Origin: Candidatus Latescibacterota bacterium
GTDB taxonomy: Bacteria > Latescibacterota > UBA2968 > GCA-2709665
Reading direction: 5' to 3'
NCBI GenBank assembly: GCA_965208835.1
Contig: OZ242358.1
Location: 1,280,001 to 1,344,000 of the forward strand
Length of the DNA: 64,000 nt
The position numbers and the translations under genes are program-made. Numbering within the stretch: position 1 is the stretch's first letter; each line of letters opens with the position of its first letter. Below the pieces are notes generated by a model, which saw nothing but the letters and a program-made list of their open reading frames with translations, searched no databases and was not told the DNA's origin. Below are positions 1 to 9,236 of the stretch, piece after piece.

Positions 1-1001
1 AAGTGGTGCTGAGTATGACGCCCAAGGACTCGCACGGCGTGATCGCGATGACGTCCGCGAGGCGAGGCGCGCATGTTATTACCGAGATTCCGGTTGGGCT
101 CACCCGAAGGTACGCGAAGGCCGTTGCGCGGACATGCGAAGAACACGGCGTGCTGTGGGAGGTGGCGGAGCAGGTGTGGCTGTGGCCGCGGGAGCGACTG
201 AAGAAGAAGATTATCGAGGCCGGCCTGCTGGGCGATCTGACGCATTCGCGCTTGTGGTACCTGACCGGACAATATCATGGGTTCAACGGAGTCCGCACGT
301 TGCTGGGCCGAGAGGGGAAGCGGGTGCTGGGCTATTGCGGAGAAGTGCCGGCGCTGCCGTACGCAGCCTACGGCGGGGAGCCGGAGACCACGGTGATGTG
401 GGACCACGCGGTGGTCGAGTTCGAGGGCGGTATCGTCTGCCTCTTCGAAAAGCCGCCGCGCGCCTTCCCTTCCCCGGCGCAGGGTTTCCCCACCGGCTGG
501 CACGTTGAAGGGACCCGTGGATACCTGGACCAGAGTCAGCTCGTGCTGTACAACGAGAAAACGCCGCGGGCATACGCTCTGCTGGAGCGTAACGTGGAAG
601 TCGGCGGAGAATCGGTACTGGACGTCGCGCACGTGGAGACGGATCCGCCGGTCGTGTGGGAGAATCCGTACAGGAAGTGGCGAATCGGCTCGGCCGATGA
701 CGTCGCCAAGGCGAGCATACTCGTCAGCTTTCACAATGCGATTACCACTGGCGGCCGGCCGCAGTACGGGCATGAAAACGCGCTGAAAGACTGGGAAATC
801 TGCCTTGCCGTGCGGGAAAGCGCAAGGAGGGGAAATACGTGGGTCGACCTGCCCCTGGGCGAACCTACGGAGCTGGAGAGAAAAATCGAGGAGGAGTTCG
901 TGCTGCGATACGGTCACGACCCGATTGAAGAGCCCGAAAAGCTGCTGGACGCGAACTTCACCCGTTCGGCCACCCTGTGGCCCTTCGCGCACTGGCTGTG
1001 A
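1..1001 (+). CDS. Gfo/Idh/MocA-family oxidoreductase (5' truncated by window edge)
   Basis: Open from the window start; 'TPKDSH...GAHVITEIPV...EEHGVLWEVAEQ' resembles the H/EKP region of the family; typical C-terminal 'GRPQYGHENALKDWEICLAVRESA'. Confidence 0.7.
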   Translation, partial: VVLSMTPKDSHGVIAMTSARRGAHVITEIPVGLTRRYAKAVARTCEEHGVLWEVAEQVWLWPRERLKKKIIEAGLLGDLTHSRLWYLTGQYHGFNGVRTLLGREGKRVLGYCGEVPALPYAAYGGEPETTVMWDHAVVEFEGGIVCLFEKPPRAFPSPAQGFPTGWHVEGTRGYLDQSQLVLYNEKTPRAYALLERNVEVGGESVLDVAHVETDPPVVWENPYRKWRIGSADDVAKASILVSFHNAITTGGRPQYGHENALKDWEICLAVRESARRGNTWVDLPLGEPTELERKIEEEFVLRYGHDPIEEPEKLLDANFTRSATLWPFAHWL

Positions 1002-1015
1002 GAGAGGAAATCCAC

Positions 1016-2125
1016 GTGAAAATCGACTCCGCGGAAATACGATATGTCGAACTGCCGCTGATTTCACCGTGGCGGACCGCATACGGCGAGGATGCGTCGA
1101 TACACTCCGTGATGGTCAAACTGTGCGGCGACGGGGTGGAAGCGTGGGGCGAGGCGGCGCCGTTCTACGCCCCCACCTATTCGCCCGAATCGGCGCGGTC
1201 CGTCTATGAGACTGCCCGGGAGTTTTTTCTGCCGAGAATCGTAGGTCGGACGCTGGATACCGCAGAGGAAGTCGCCGAACGAATATCGATCTTCAAGGGG
1301 AATCCGTTCTCCAAAGCCGCGGTGGAAACGGCCTGGTGGGCGCTCGACAGCAAATTGAGAGGGGTCCCGCTCTGGCGCGCGCTGGGGGCGGATGAGCCGG
1401 TGGTGCGTTGCGGAGCCGACTTCGGGGTCCAGGATACGATAGACGAGCTTCTCGCGCTGATCCAGGGCGCCGTGGACGCGGGCTTTCCGCGGATCAAGCT
1501 GAAGGTGAAACACGCATGGGATATCGAGATGCTGGATGCCGTGAGGTCTGCCTTTCCCGATCCCGTGATTCACGTGGACTGCAACTCCGGCTACGACCTT
1601 AAGGCGGATTTTGATACGCTGGCGGCTTTCGACCGGTTCAACCTGGCGATGATCGAACAGCCCCTGGACCATACGGATCTCGTCGACCACGCCGAGTTGC
1701 AGCGTCGCATCGAGACGCCGGTGTGCCTGGATGAATCGGTCACGCGCCCCCGCGACTTCGAGTTGGCGTTGAAAATCGACGCGTGCCGCGTGATCAACGT
1801 AAAGCCGGGACGCGTGGGCGGGCTGGACAACGCGGTGCGAATTCACAATATGGCGCGAGACGCGGGGATGCCGGCGTGGGTTGGCGGGATGCTGGAAAGC
1901 GGGGTGGGTGCGGGTATCTGCGCTGCGTTGGGAACTCTGCCGGGATTCACCTATCCTGCGGACGTGTTTCCGTCTTCCAAATTCTACGCTGAAGATATTA
2001 CGGATCGATCGGTCGAACAGGACGAAAACTGCAATGTTGTACTGGACGAAACGCCCGGAGTGGGATTCGATCCGGTTCAGGAACGCCTGGATGCGGTGAC
2101 AGCGATGCGGGAGGTGATTGAATAA
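1016..2125 (+). CDS. o-succinylbenzoate synthase / N-acylamino acid racemase (enolase superfamily)
   Basis: KLK motif (RIKLKV), metal ligands VDCN, IEQP, LDES; 'WVGGMLESGVG'; GTG start at 1016 after GAGAGG. Confidence 0.85.
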   Translation: MKIDSAEIRYVELPLISPWRTAYGEDASIHSVMVKLCGDGVEAWGEAAPFYAPTYSPESARSVYETAREFFLPRIVGRTLDTAEEVAERISIFKGNPFSKAAVETAWWALDSKLRGVPLWRALGADEPVVRCGADFGVQDTIDELLALIQGAVDAGFPRIKLKVKHAWDIEMLDAVRSAFPDPVIHVDCNSGYDLKADFDTLAAFDRFNLAMIEQPLDHTDLVDHAELQRRIETPVCLDESVTRPRDFELALKIDACRVINVKPGRVGGLDNAVRIHNMARDAGMPAWVGGMLESGVGAGICAALGTLPGFTYPADVFPSSKFYAEDITDRSVEQDENCNVVLDETPGVGFDPVQERLDAVTAMREVIE

Positions 2126-2232
2126 GGGGACGTCTCGACCGCGCTCAGAATGACGGGAGAGCCGATTCTCGAACCCGTCGGTAACCGTCAATGGTCCCCG
2201 TCGCAGGCTGAAAATGCGTCGGGTTTCCTGTT

Positions 2233-3579
2233 TCAGAAAAGCCGCGCCAGCAGGTCGTCCGCGAGGGTCTCCATGGCCGGGGCAGTGCCCACGCCGCCCA
2301 GAGAGGAGTTGGCCGCCCAGGTTTCGTATCCGCCCTCCTCGGAAAGGGCTCTGTCGGTACAGATGTAGCCGATGTAACCGTTGGCGAGACTTACGACAAA
2401 CACCGGACTGGCGGACGCCCGGGTCTTGATTCCCAGGCCGGACTCGACGAAGACCTCGCCCGGAAGCGCAACGATGGCGGCGTCGCCGAGCCTGAATGCC
2501 TGCACCTGAGCGCTCATTCTGGATGGCAGCTTCGCCAGGCGTTGACATTCCATCGCGTAGATGTCCACTATAGACCGCGGGATGGGTTGGCCCACAACCC
2601 AGCTGAAGGGGCCTTTTTCGTATTCCGGTGGATCGTCGGGCGACGCAAGGATTATTTCGGCCACTTCCAGGTCTTCGGGCGTGATCGTTCTGGGCGAGAA
2701 ATCGAATGAACCGGTAGTGGCCGCGAGATCCAGACTATCCTGCATATCCATCAGCTGGATTTCGGTGAGCATGTGGCCGGCCAGGACGTTGGCCATTTTC
2801 TTCGCGTGCGCATGACCGCTGTCCTTCCACCTGCGGCGACCGCTGAAGTCGATGTTGTTGATCTGGCCGGACGCGGCATTCCACAGCAGGGGGACGCATT
2901 CACCGCCCAGATAACGGCGCATCTGCCTGAAGAAGTGTCCGAAGTAATCCGCCGAGATGCCACCTCCGGCGCCGATGTAATGTAGGGAGTAGCTGGCAAT
3001 GGCCGACATTGGATCGCCGTTCAGGTCCTCGACGTAGGCCATTGCGAGTTCCGGGTCAGTGGGGCCCGAGGGTTCGATCAGGTCCGGGTTGCCCACCCCG
3101 GGGTTCATCCGCACGGTCCCGTCCTTCATCCGCCAGCGGCGGTTGAACGCGATACGGTCTTCCTCCACGCTTGCGAAGCCGATTCGCGCGGGGCGCAGGC
3201 GGCGGCACGCGAGTTCTGCGGCGTCCGCGATCTTGAGGTGGAGCCATTCGATGTAGTCCGAATCGCCGTCCGTACCCAGCAAGTCCGCGATGCCGCCCCC
3301 ACTGTGTGTGTGGGTCGCATTGATCATCGTGTTTTCGATCGGGATGCCGCACCGCTGCGCCACGCGCTGCCTTGCGCGGTCCGCGATATTCCGCGGCATG
3401 GCGATGAGATCGCAGGTGATGAAGGCGACGCGGGTATGGCCGTTGTCCAGGACGAGGGCTTTGGCCAGGAGTTCGTCCTGGACGTCATCGGCGTATCCCG
3501 GCCGATGCCCCCCGGGAATGGTCACGCCCAGCCAGGGGGTGATGTTGGCCGTGGCAGCGCCTGCCTGTAAAGCGCCCAT
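2233..3579 (-). CDS. Neutral/alkaline ceramidase-like hydrolase
   Basis: Motifs INATHTHSG, FNRR, ISADYFG, LPGEVF, ANGYIGY, GGYE. Confidence 0.75.
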   Translation of the reverse strand: MGALQAGAATANITPWLGVTIPGGHRPGYADDVQDELLAKALVLDNGHTRVAFITCDLIAMPRNIADRARQRVAQRCGIPIENTMINATHTHSGGGIADLLGTDGDSDYIEWLHLKIADAAELACRRLRPARIGFASVEEDRIAFNRRWRMKDGTVRMNPGVGNPDLIEPSGPTDPELAMAYVEDLNGDPMSAIASYSLHYIGAGGGISADYFGHFFRQMRRYLGGECVPLLWNAASGQINNIDFSGRRRWKDSGHAHAKKMANVLAGHMLTEIQLMDMQDSLDLAATTGSFDFSPRTITPEDLEVAEIILASPDDPPEYEKGPFSWVVGQPIPRSIVDIYAMECQRLAKLPSRMSAQVQAFRLGDAAIVALPGEVFVESGLGIKTRASASPVFVVSLANGYIGYICTDRALSEEGGYETWAANSSLGGVGTAPAMETLADDLLARLF

Positions 3580-3603
3580 TGGAGTTCTCCTGTTGTGGCG
3601 GGT

Positions 3604-4605
3604 TTACTCGATACTCAGAAACTCGCCGCCCCGGCGCGCGGATTCTTCCGCCATGATGCATGCTCTGGCAACGGCCAGCACGTCGGAGGTGGAGATGAAG
3701 TTCTCCTCGCCGTCGGAGAACGCGTCTACCATCGTTTCCACAAAGCTGCTGTTGCGTTCAGGTGGGAACTCGGGTTCGTACGCGCCCTTGCCATCGGCAA
3801 CGATGAGCAGGCTGTCTGACGCATACGCCCGGAGGTGGGCCGATCCCTTCGTGCCCATGATGATGAAGCGCGTGTCGCCGAATGACGGAGAGTCTTCGGG
3901 AGTCAGCCAATCCGCGGTGAGAAGTGCGCAGGCTCCGGTACTCAACTGAAATGACGCCTGAATGTGGTCCATCTCAAGCTTTTGCGGGCCGTGCGTATGC
4001 CTCTTGCATGTGCCGAGCGCATGCACGCCCACGCATTCGGCGCCCGTGAGCCAGCGGACCTGGTCCACGCCGTGGCACGCGACGTCGCTGAAGGTGCCCG
4101 TATAGATCTGCGGATCGAAATACCAGTCGGGAGCCCAGGGGCCGAGTTTGTGGGGATGGGTGGAGATCAGACTGACGATCTCTCCGAGTTCTCCTGCCAG
4201 AATGGCTTCCCTCAGCGCGATGAAAGGCGGGTAACTGCGGGAGGTATAGAACATTGTCAGGCGGACGTTGTGACGCTGGACTGCGGTTCGGATACGATCC
4301 CAATCGTCCAGAGAACGGCAGAGCGGTTTGTCCAGGAACACATGGGCGCCCGCCGCGGCGCAGGCTTCGATCATGTCCACCTTCTCGTGGTGGCCCACGC
4401 CTTCCATGACCACGTCGGCGCGGGTCCCTTCCAGCATGTCCGTCAACGTGGGATAGCGGGGGACGTCGACGTCGCGCGTGTACTGTTCGTACAGGGCGTC
4501 GTCGGGTTCCACGATGCCGACGAGTTCCGCGTTGGAGGCGTTGACCGCGGACCTGAACATGCTGCCGATGTGTCCGTAATGGACACCCATAACACCAATT
4601 TTCAT
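3604..4605 (-). CDS. Gfo/Idh/MocA-family oxidoreductase
   Basis: N-terminal Rossmann fold, 'GAHVFLDKPL', 'DVACHGVD'. Confidence 0.85.
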   Translation of the reverse strand: MKIGVMGVHYGHIGSMFRSAVNASNAELVGIVEPDDALYEQYTRDVDVPRYPTLTDMLEGTRADVVMEGVGHHEKVDMIEACAAAGAHVFLDKPLCRSLDDWDRIRTAVQRHNVRLTMFYTSRSYPPFIALREAILAGELGEIVSLISTHPHKLGPWAPDWYFDPQIYTGTFSDVACHGVDQVRWLTGAECVGVHALGTCKRHTHGPQKLEMDHIQASFQLSTGACALLTADWLTPEDSPSFGDTRFIIMGTKGSAHLRAYASDSLLIVADGKGAYEPEFPPERNSSFVETMVDAFSDGEENFISTSDVLAVARACIMAEESARRGGEFLSIE

Positions 4606-4615
4606 TTTCTGACTC

Positions 4616-5734
4616 CTACCCCGAATAACGTCTCACCCTTTCCCGGTCCAACTCAATCCCCAGTCCCGGAGTGGTGGGTATGGAAAGCAGGCCGGCGTCG
4701 TCGAGCTGGAAGGGTTCGGTGAGGATGTCTTCTATGTAGGGCGACGGGGTGATGTATTCCACCCAGCGGGCCGTAGGATGAGCGGCGGCCAGGTGGAGGT
4801 CCGCCGCCAGGCCTACCGCGGTGTTCCATCCGTGGGTGACCAGCAGCACGTTGTGATTGCATGCGTGCCAGAGGATGCGGCGGGTCTCCGAAAGGCCGCC
4901 GACTTTCGTGGCGTCCGGCTGAACGATATCGAAGGCGCCGCGCGCAATCCAGGAAATGAAGCTTTGTCGACGGGTCAGGACCTCGCCCCCGGCAATGGGG
5001 ACTGGGGCGTTTTGACGCAGGGCGATGAATCCCTCGAGATCGTCCGGCGGCAGGGCTTCCTCGAACCAGACCACGTCGTAGCCGGCCAGCATCCGCGCGG
5101 TTTCGAGCGCCCATTTATACCCGTGCGGCCAGAACTGATCGCTGCCGCCCGCGTCGACCATCAGTTCGACATCCGGTCCCACCGTGTCTCGAGCGAGCTT
5201 GACGAGACGTTCGTCTGTGCGCATGTCCTCGCGGCCGAAGGGTCCCCAGCCGAGCTTGAGCGCGCGAAAACCCCGGGAAACGGCCGACTCCAGAGTCTGT
5301 TTGAAAGCAGCGTCGTCTGCCTCGAAGAGGAGGGAGCCATAGGGCTTGATCCTGTGTCGGTAATATCCACCCAGAAGGCGACCCACGGGTTGTCCGCTGG
5401 CTTTGCCCAGGAGGTCCCACAATGCGATGTCGATGCCCGAAATGGCGTGCGTGACCGAGCCGCCCCGGCCCTGCCAGAAGGTCGACTGGTGGAGTTTTTC
5501 GGAGACGCGTTCCGGTTCGATGGCCGATTCACCGATAAAGTGGGGTTTCAGAAGATCCAGCGCGGCGTCCACCAGGGCCCTGCTGGTGGCCACGCTTCCC
5601 AGCCCGGTCAGGCCGCTGTCCGTATGCACTTCCAACAGCGTGTGCAGGTTTTCCGACGGCGGCGTTTCGGCTGCCCAGCCGGATTTCGGCGTTGCTCCCA
5701 TGAGAGCGATTGTCTGGATACCGGTAATTTTCAT
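4616..5734 (-). CDS. Mandelate racemase/muconate lactonizing enzyme family protein
   Basis: 'AISGIDIALWDLLGK', KLG, LMVDAG, WFEEAL, AGGE, DIVQPD; start moved to MKITGIQT (5734). Confidence 0.88.
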   Translation of the reverse strand: MKITGIQTIALMGATPKSGWAAETPPSENLHTLLEVHTDSGLTGLGSVATSRALVDAALDLLKPHFIGESAIEPERVSEKLHQSTFWQGRGGSVTHAISGIDIALWDLLGKASGQPVGRLLGGYYRHRIKPYGSLLFEADDAAFKQTLESAVSRGFRALKLGWGPFGREDMRTDERLVKLARDTVGPDVELMVDAGGSDQFWPHGYKWALETARMLAGYDVVWFEEALPPDDLEGFIALRQNAPVPIAGGEVLTRRQSFISWIARGAFDIVQPDATKVGGLSETRRILWHACNHNVLLVTHGWNTAVGLAADLHLAAAHPTARWVEYITPSPYIEDILTEPFQLDDAGLLSIPTTPGLGIELDRERVRRYSG

Positions 5735-6139
5735 GACGTCCAATGGGTATTGGTAACTACCGACCATCTCGAGACGGACGACGGGGTCATCGGGTGGGGT
5801 ACCGGAGCGACATCGGAGAAACATAACTCCGGCGTCTGTTTCGATCCTGGCGAATGGTGCGACACCCAATATATGGAATCCGTCAGTTTGCTTCAACAGG
5901 AAATCGAGGTTGACTGGCGTATATCGATCTGCCAAAATGGCAGTTCCCTGGTATTCGCGTGGTCCATTCGAAATCGAGTTCCTTTGTCGACCGGCTTGAT
6001 ATATCGTAACATGATAAATTCCAATGTGATAGACGCGGCACACTCTTTAAGGTACGAATGTTGCATGCTCTATGGACCTATAACGGGTTACCGAAATCTG
6101 GCCGTCGAGTAGCAGCAAACGAGGCTGCCAGCAAAAAGA

Positions 6140-6356
6140 GGGTAGACGTAAGCCGGTAGACGGGAGAGCACCACACCCCGCCCCACCACCGGGTGAGACG
6201 AAAGACGGGAGAGGGGAGAGATTTCCTGCCTTGTGAGGATTCTTTTCGTGTCGAAGACAAGAAGGAAAAACATACCGGGCAAGGATTTCTTCTCCCATCT
6301 CACCTCTACCGGCTCCCCGCATTTCTCCTACCGTCTACCCTCTTCCCTCTCACCGC
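6140..6356. repeat. Outer pair of 4x heptamer arms (6140-6167, 6327-6356) enclosing copy C1
   Basis: GGGTAGA CGTAAGC CGGTAGA CGGGAGA ... CCTACCG TCTACCC TCTTCCC TCTCACC GC. Confidence 0.7.
6190..6320 (-). repeat. 131-bp heptamer-armed intergenic element, copy C1
   Basis: On the minus strand: GC + 4 heptamers + 71-bp core (AGAAATCCTTGCC...TGTCTTCGACA...GGCAGGAAATC) + 4 TCT heptamers. Confidence 0.9.
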
Positions 6357-6366
6357 TTTTGGGAGA

Positions 6367-6405
6367 CCTCTCCCCCCAACCCCCTCTCCTAAAGGAAAGG
6401 GGGAG
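6367..6405. repeat. REP-like hairpin (CCCCCTCTCC...GGAAAGGGGG type)
   Basis: cctctccccccaaccccctctcctaaaggaaagggggag; one copy in the window. Confidence 0.5.
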
Positions 6406-6457
6406 GAAAAACAGGGGTTGACCTGACGCAGTACTTCGTCAATGGAATCTCTGAAAC

Positions 6458-8980
6458 ATGGAAGGAGCGAATCGGATGTCGGACGAGAAAACGTCAGAAA
6501 GCATCGAAGTCATCGACCGAACCCACGTCCCGGGCGAAGTGCCTGTATTGAGAAGCAAAGAAGTCGTCATCTTTCCCTATATGTTGTCACCATTGCTGAT
6601 TGAAAGCGAACAGGCGATCCGTGCCGTGGACACGGCCGTAAACGGCGGACACCGGGTTGTTGCATTATTCGGGCAGAAACCCGGTCCGGAACAGGGGAAT
6701 TCCGAACCCGACGACGAGGCCGGCGACGCGGAAAGTGAAATTCAGGCCGAGGACCTGTATCAGGTTGGCACGGCGGTGCAGGTGGTCCGGATGCAGCGAA
6801 CGCCGGACAACAAGCTGCAGGTTCTTGTGAACGGGATTACCCGCGTGGGTCTTGAGGAACTGATTCAGACCATGCCCTATCCACTGGCGCGGGTCAGGGT
6901 GCTGGAGGGTTGGGCGGAAAAAACCAATGAGCTGGAAGCGCTCTCCCGGAACGTGCTGGGTCTGTTCAAGAAGGCGATGGATCTGGTGCCCAATGTGCCC
7001 AAAGAACTGATGGCTGCGCTGGATTCTCTGAGCGAACAGGAACAGAAGGCGGATTTTATCGCGTCCCAGTTCAACATCAGGTTCGAGGAACGCCAGGAAG
7101 TCTTGTCCGAACTCAACCTGCGCCTGAGGTTCGAGCTGATTCACAAGTTTCTTACGCGGGAAGTCGAAATCCTGGAGCTGCGGCAGAAAATCGAGAGCGA
7201 TGCGGCCGGGTCCATGGATGAGGCGCAGCGTGAGTATTTCCTCCGTCAACAACTCAAGGCCATCCGTGAGGAACTTGGGGAAGGCGGAGACGAAGTCGAA
7301 GAAATGGAGGAGTTGTCCTCAAAGGTCGAGGCCGCGGGCATGCCGGACGAGGCTCGAAAGGCCGCCGATCGAGAGCTTTCGCGGATGGAGAAGATGCCCG
7401 GCGAATCCGCCGAATATACGGTGTCTCGAACGTATCTCGACTGGCTGGTGGAGCTGCCATGGAGCAAAGCGAGCGAAGATCGTATCGACGTGGACCGGGC
7501 GCAGAAGATTTTGGACGATGACCACTACGGGATCGAAAAGCCGAAGGATCGGATCCTGGAATATCTGGCGGTGCGAGGGCTGAAAAACGACATGCGGGGG
7601 CCGATTCTGTGCCTGGTGGGTCCTCCGGGCACGGGAAAGACGTCGCTGGGGCGATCCGTGGCGCGTGCGCTGGACCGTACATTTGTCCGGATATCGCTGG
7701 GCGGCGTACGGGACGAATCGGAAGTCAGGGGCCACAGGCGGACCTACGTGGGCGCGCTTCCCGGCCGGATCATTCAGGGATTGCGCCGGGCGGGCACGAA
7801 CAACCCGGTGTTCATGCTGGACGAGATCGACAAGCTGGGCGCCGATTTCCGGGGCGACCCGTCCGCGGCGCTGCTGGAGGTACTGGATCCCGAACAGAAT
7901 TGCCGATTCGAAGACCACTATCTGGACGTACCGTTCGATCTTTCACAGGTGATGTTCATTGCCACGGCGAACACGCTGCATACGATTCCGCACGCGCTGC
8001 TGGACCGGATGGAAATCCTTGAACTTCCGGGTTACACGGAGCAGGAAAAGCTGCAGATCGCCCGCAGCTATCTGGTGCCCAGGCAGCTTGAGGAGCACGG
8101 ATTGACGGCCAGGCGGCTGGAGATCGACAACGGGGCGCTGACGGGTCTGATCCGGTACTATACCTCCGAGGCGGGGTTGCGCAACCTGGAGCGGGCGGTC
8201 GGGACGTTGTGCCGCAAGGTGGCGCGCCGGTTCGCCCAGGGTCGTAAACGAAAGATGATGGTGAAGACCGGCCATTTGCAGGAATACCTGGGACCCCGCC
8301 AGTTTCAGCACGAAATCGCCGAGGACAACGATGAAGTGGGCGTTGCGGCGGGCCTTGCGGTGACGTCCGCGGGCGGGGACGTTATGTTTGTCGAGGCAAC
8401 ATTGATGCCCGGCGGCGGGAATCTGAATCTGACCGGACAAGCCGGGGACGTGATGCAGGAATCCGTCCAGGCCGCGATGACCTACGTGCGCTCAAGATGG
8501 GAGAGCCTGGGGTTGACGGAAAAGTTCAACGAGGCAAGGGACGTACACATTCACGCGCCTGCGGGAGCCGTGCCCAAGGACGGTCCGTCCGCGGGAATCA
8601 CGATGGCGGCTGTACTGGCGTCAGTTTTCACGGGACGGCCGGTCCGAAAGGACGTGGCGATGACCGGAGAGATCACCCTTCGCGGCAAGGTGCTGCCGGT
8701 CGGCGGCATACGCGACAAGGTGCTGGCGGCCCACCGGGCGGGCATCCGGACCGTGATCCTGCCCGAAAAGAACCGGAAGGACCTTGAGGAAGTGCCGGAT
8801 ACCGTTCGCAAGGACGTGAAGCTGGTGTTCGCCGACCACATGGACAAGGTGCTGGACACGGCGCTGGTCAAAAAGAGAAGGACGCCGTCCAAGCGCCACT
8901 CCGGAACCACAGGCAGCAGGCCGTCCGTCCGCACCGGCAACCGCCGCCGACCGGCCGTAACGGCGGGCTCGGGAGAGTGA
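6458..8980 (+). CDS. lon: ATP-dependent Lon protease
   Basis: LON N-domain, Walker A GPPGTGKT, RRTYVGALPGRII, LDEIDK, catalytic PKDGPSAG and Lys in GGIRDK. Confidence 0.97.
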   Translation: MEGANRMSDEKTSESIEVIDRTHVPGEVPVLRSKEVVIFPYMLSPLLIESEQAIRAVDTAVNGGHRVVALFGQKPGPEQGNSEPDDEAGDAESEIQAEDLYQVGTAVQVVRMQRTPDNKLQVLVNGITRVGLEELIQTMPYPLARVRVLEGWAEKTNELEALSRNVLGLFKKAMDLVPNVPKELMAALDSLSEQEQKADFIASQFNIRFEERQEVLSELNLRLRFELIHKFLTREVEILELRQKIESDAAGSMDEAQREYFLRQQLKAIREELGEGGDEVEEMEELSSKVEAAGMPDEARKAADRELSRMEKMPGESAEYTVSRTYLDWLVELPWSKASEDRIDVDRAQKILDDDHYGIEKPKDRILEYLAVRGLKNDMRGPILCLVGPPGTGKTSLGRSVARALDRTFVRISLGGVRDESEVRGHRRTYVGALPGRIIQGLRRAGTNNPVFMLDEIDKLGADFRGDPSAALLEVLDPEQNCRFEDHYLDVPFDLSQVMFIATANTLHTIPHALLDRMEILELPGYTEQEKLQIARSYLVPRQLEEHGLTARRLEIDNGALTGLIRYYTSEAGLRNLERAVGTLCRKVARRFAQGRKRKMMVKTGHLQEYLGPRQFQHEIAEDNDEVGVAAGLAVTSAGGDVMFVEATLMPGGGNLNLTGQAGDVMQESVQAAMTYVRSRWESLGLTEKFNEARDVHIHAPAGAVPKDGPSAGITMAAVLASVFTGRPVRKDVAMTGEITLRGKVLPVGGIRDKVLAAHRAGIRTVILPEKNRKDLEEVPDTVRKDVKLVFADHMDKVLDTALVKKRRTPSKRHSGTTGSRPSVRTGNRRRPAVTAGSGE

Positions 8981-9015
8981 GGGTCGGTGCAGAATACACG
9001 ACGAGAAGTCATGAG

Positions 9016-9057
9016 AAAACGGAAGGGTCGAAGCGCAAGATAGCGGCTTCGACCCTT
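9016..9057 (-). terminator. Repeated intrinsic terminator/REP-like hairpin, copy E1
   Basis: AAGGGTCGAAG-cgcaagatagcgg-CTTCGACCCTT with a T-tract on the minus strand; lies between convergent genes. Confidence 0.65.
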
Positions 9058-9236
9058 GTCATTTCGGACAATTGTCATTTTAGCGTTGAGGGCCGGATCT
9101 CTTGACGTCCCGGCACGATTGATGGGATCTCCGGCGTGGAAACGCGAAAGTCCAGGAGCTGATGATGCGGACGACGTGTCAATGTGCTGAATTGGACAAA
9201 CCGTCACGTTTGTTCCTCTTCTGCCGCAATGTACCT

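Noticed and set aside
1016-2125. menC as part of a menaquinone operon
   Set aside because: No adjacent men genes; the sequence fits the promiscuous OSBS/N-acylamino acid racemase group, so no symbol was assigned.
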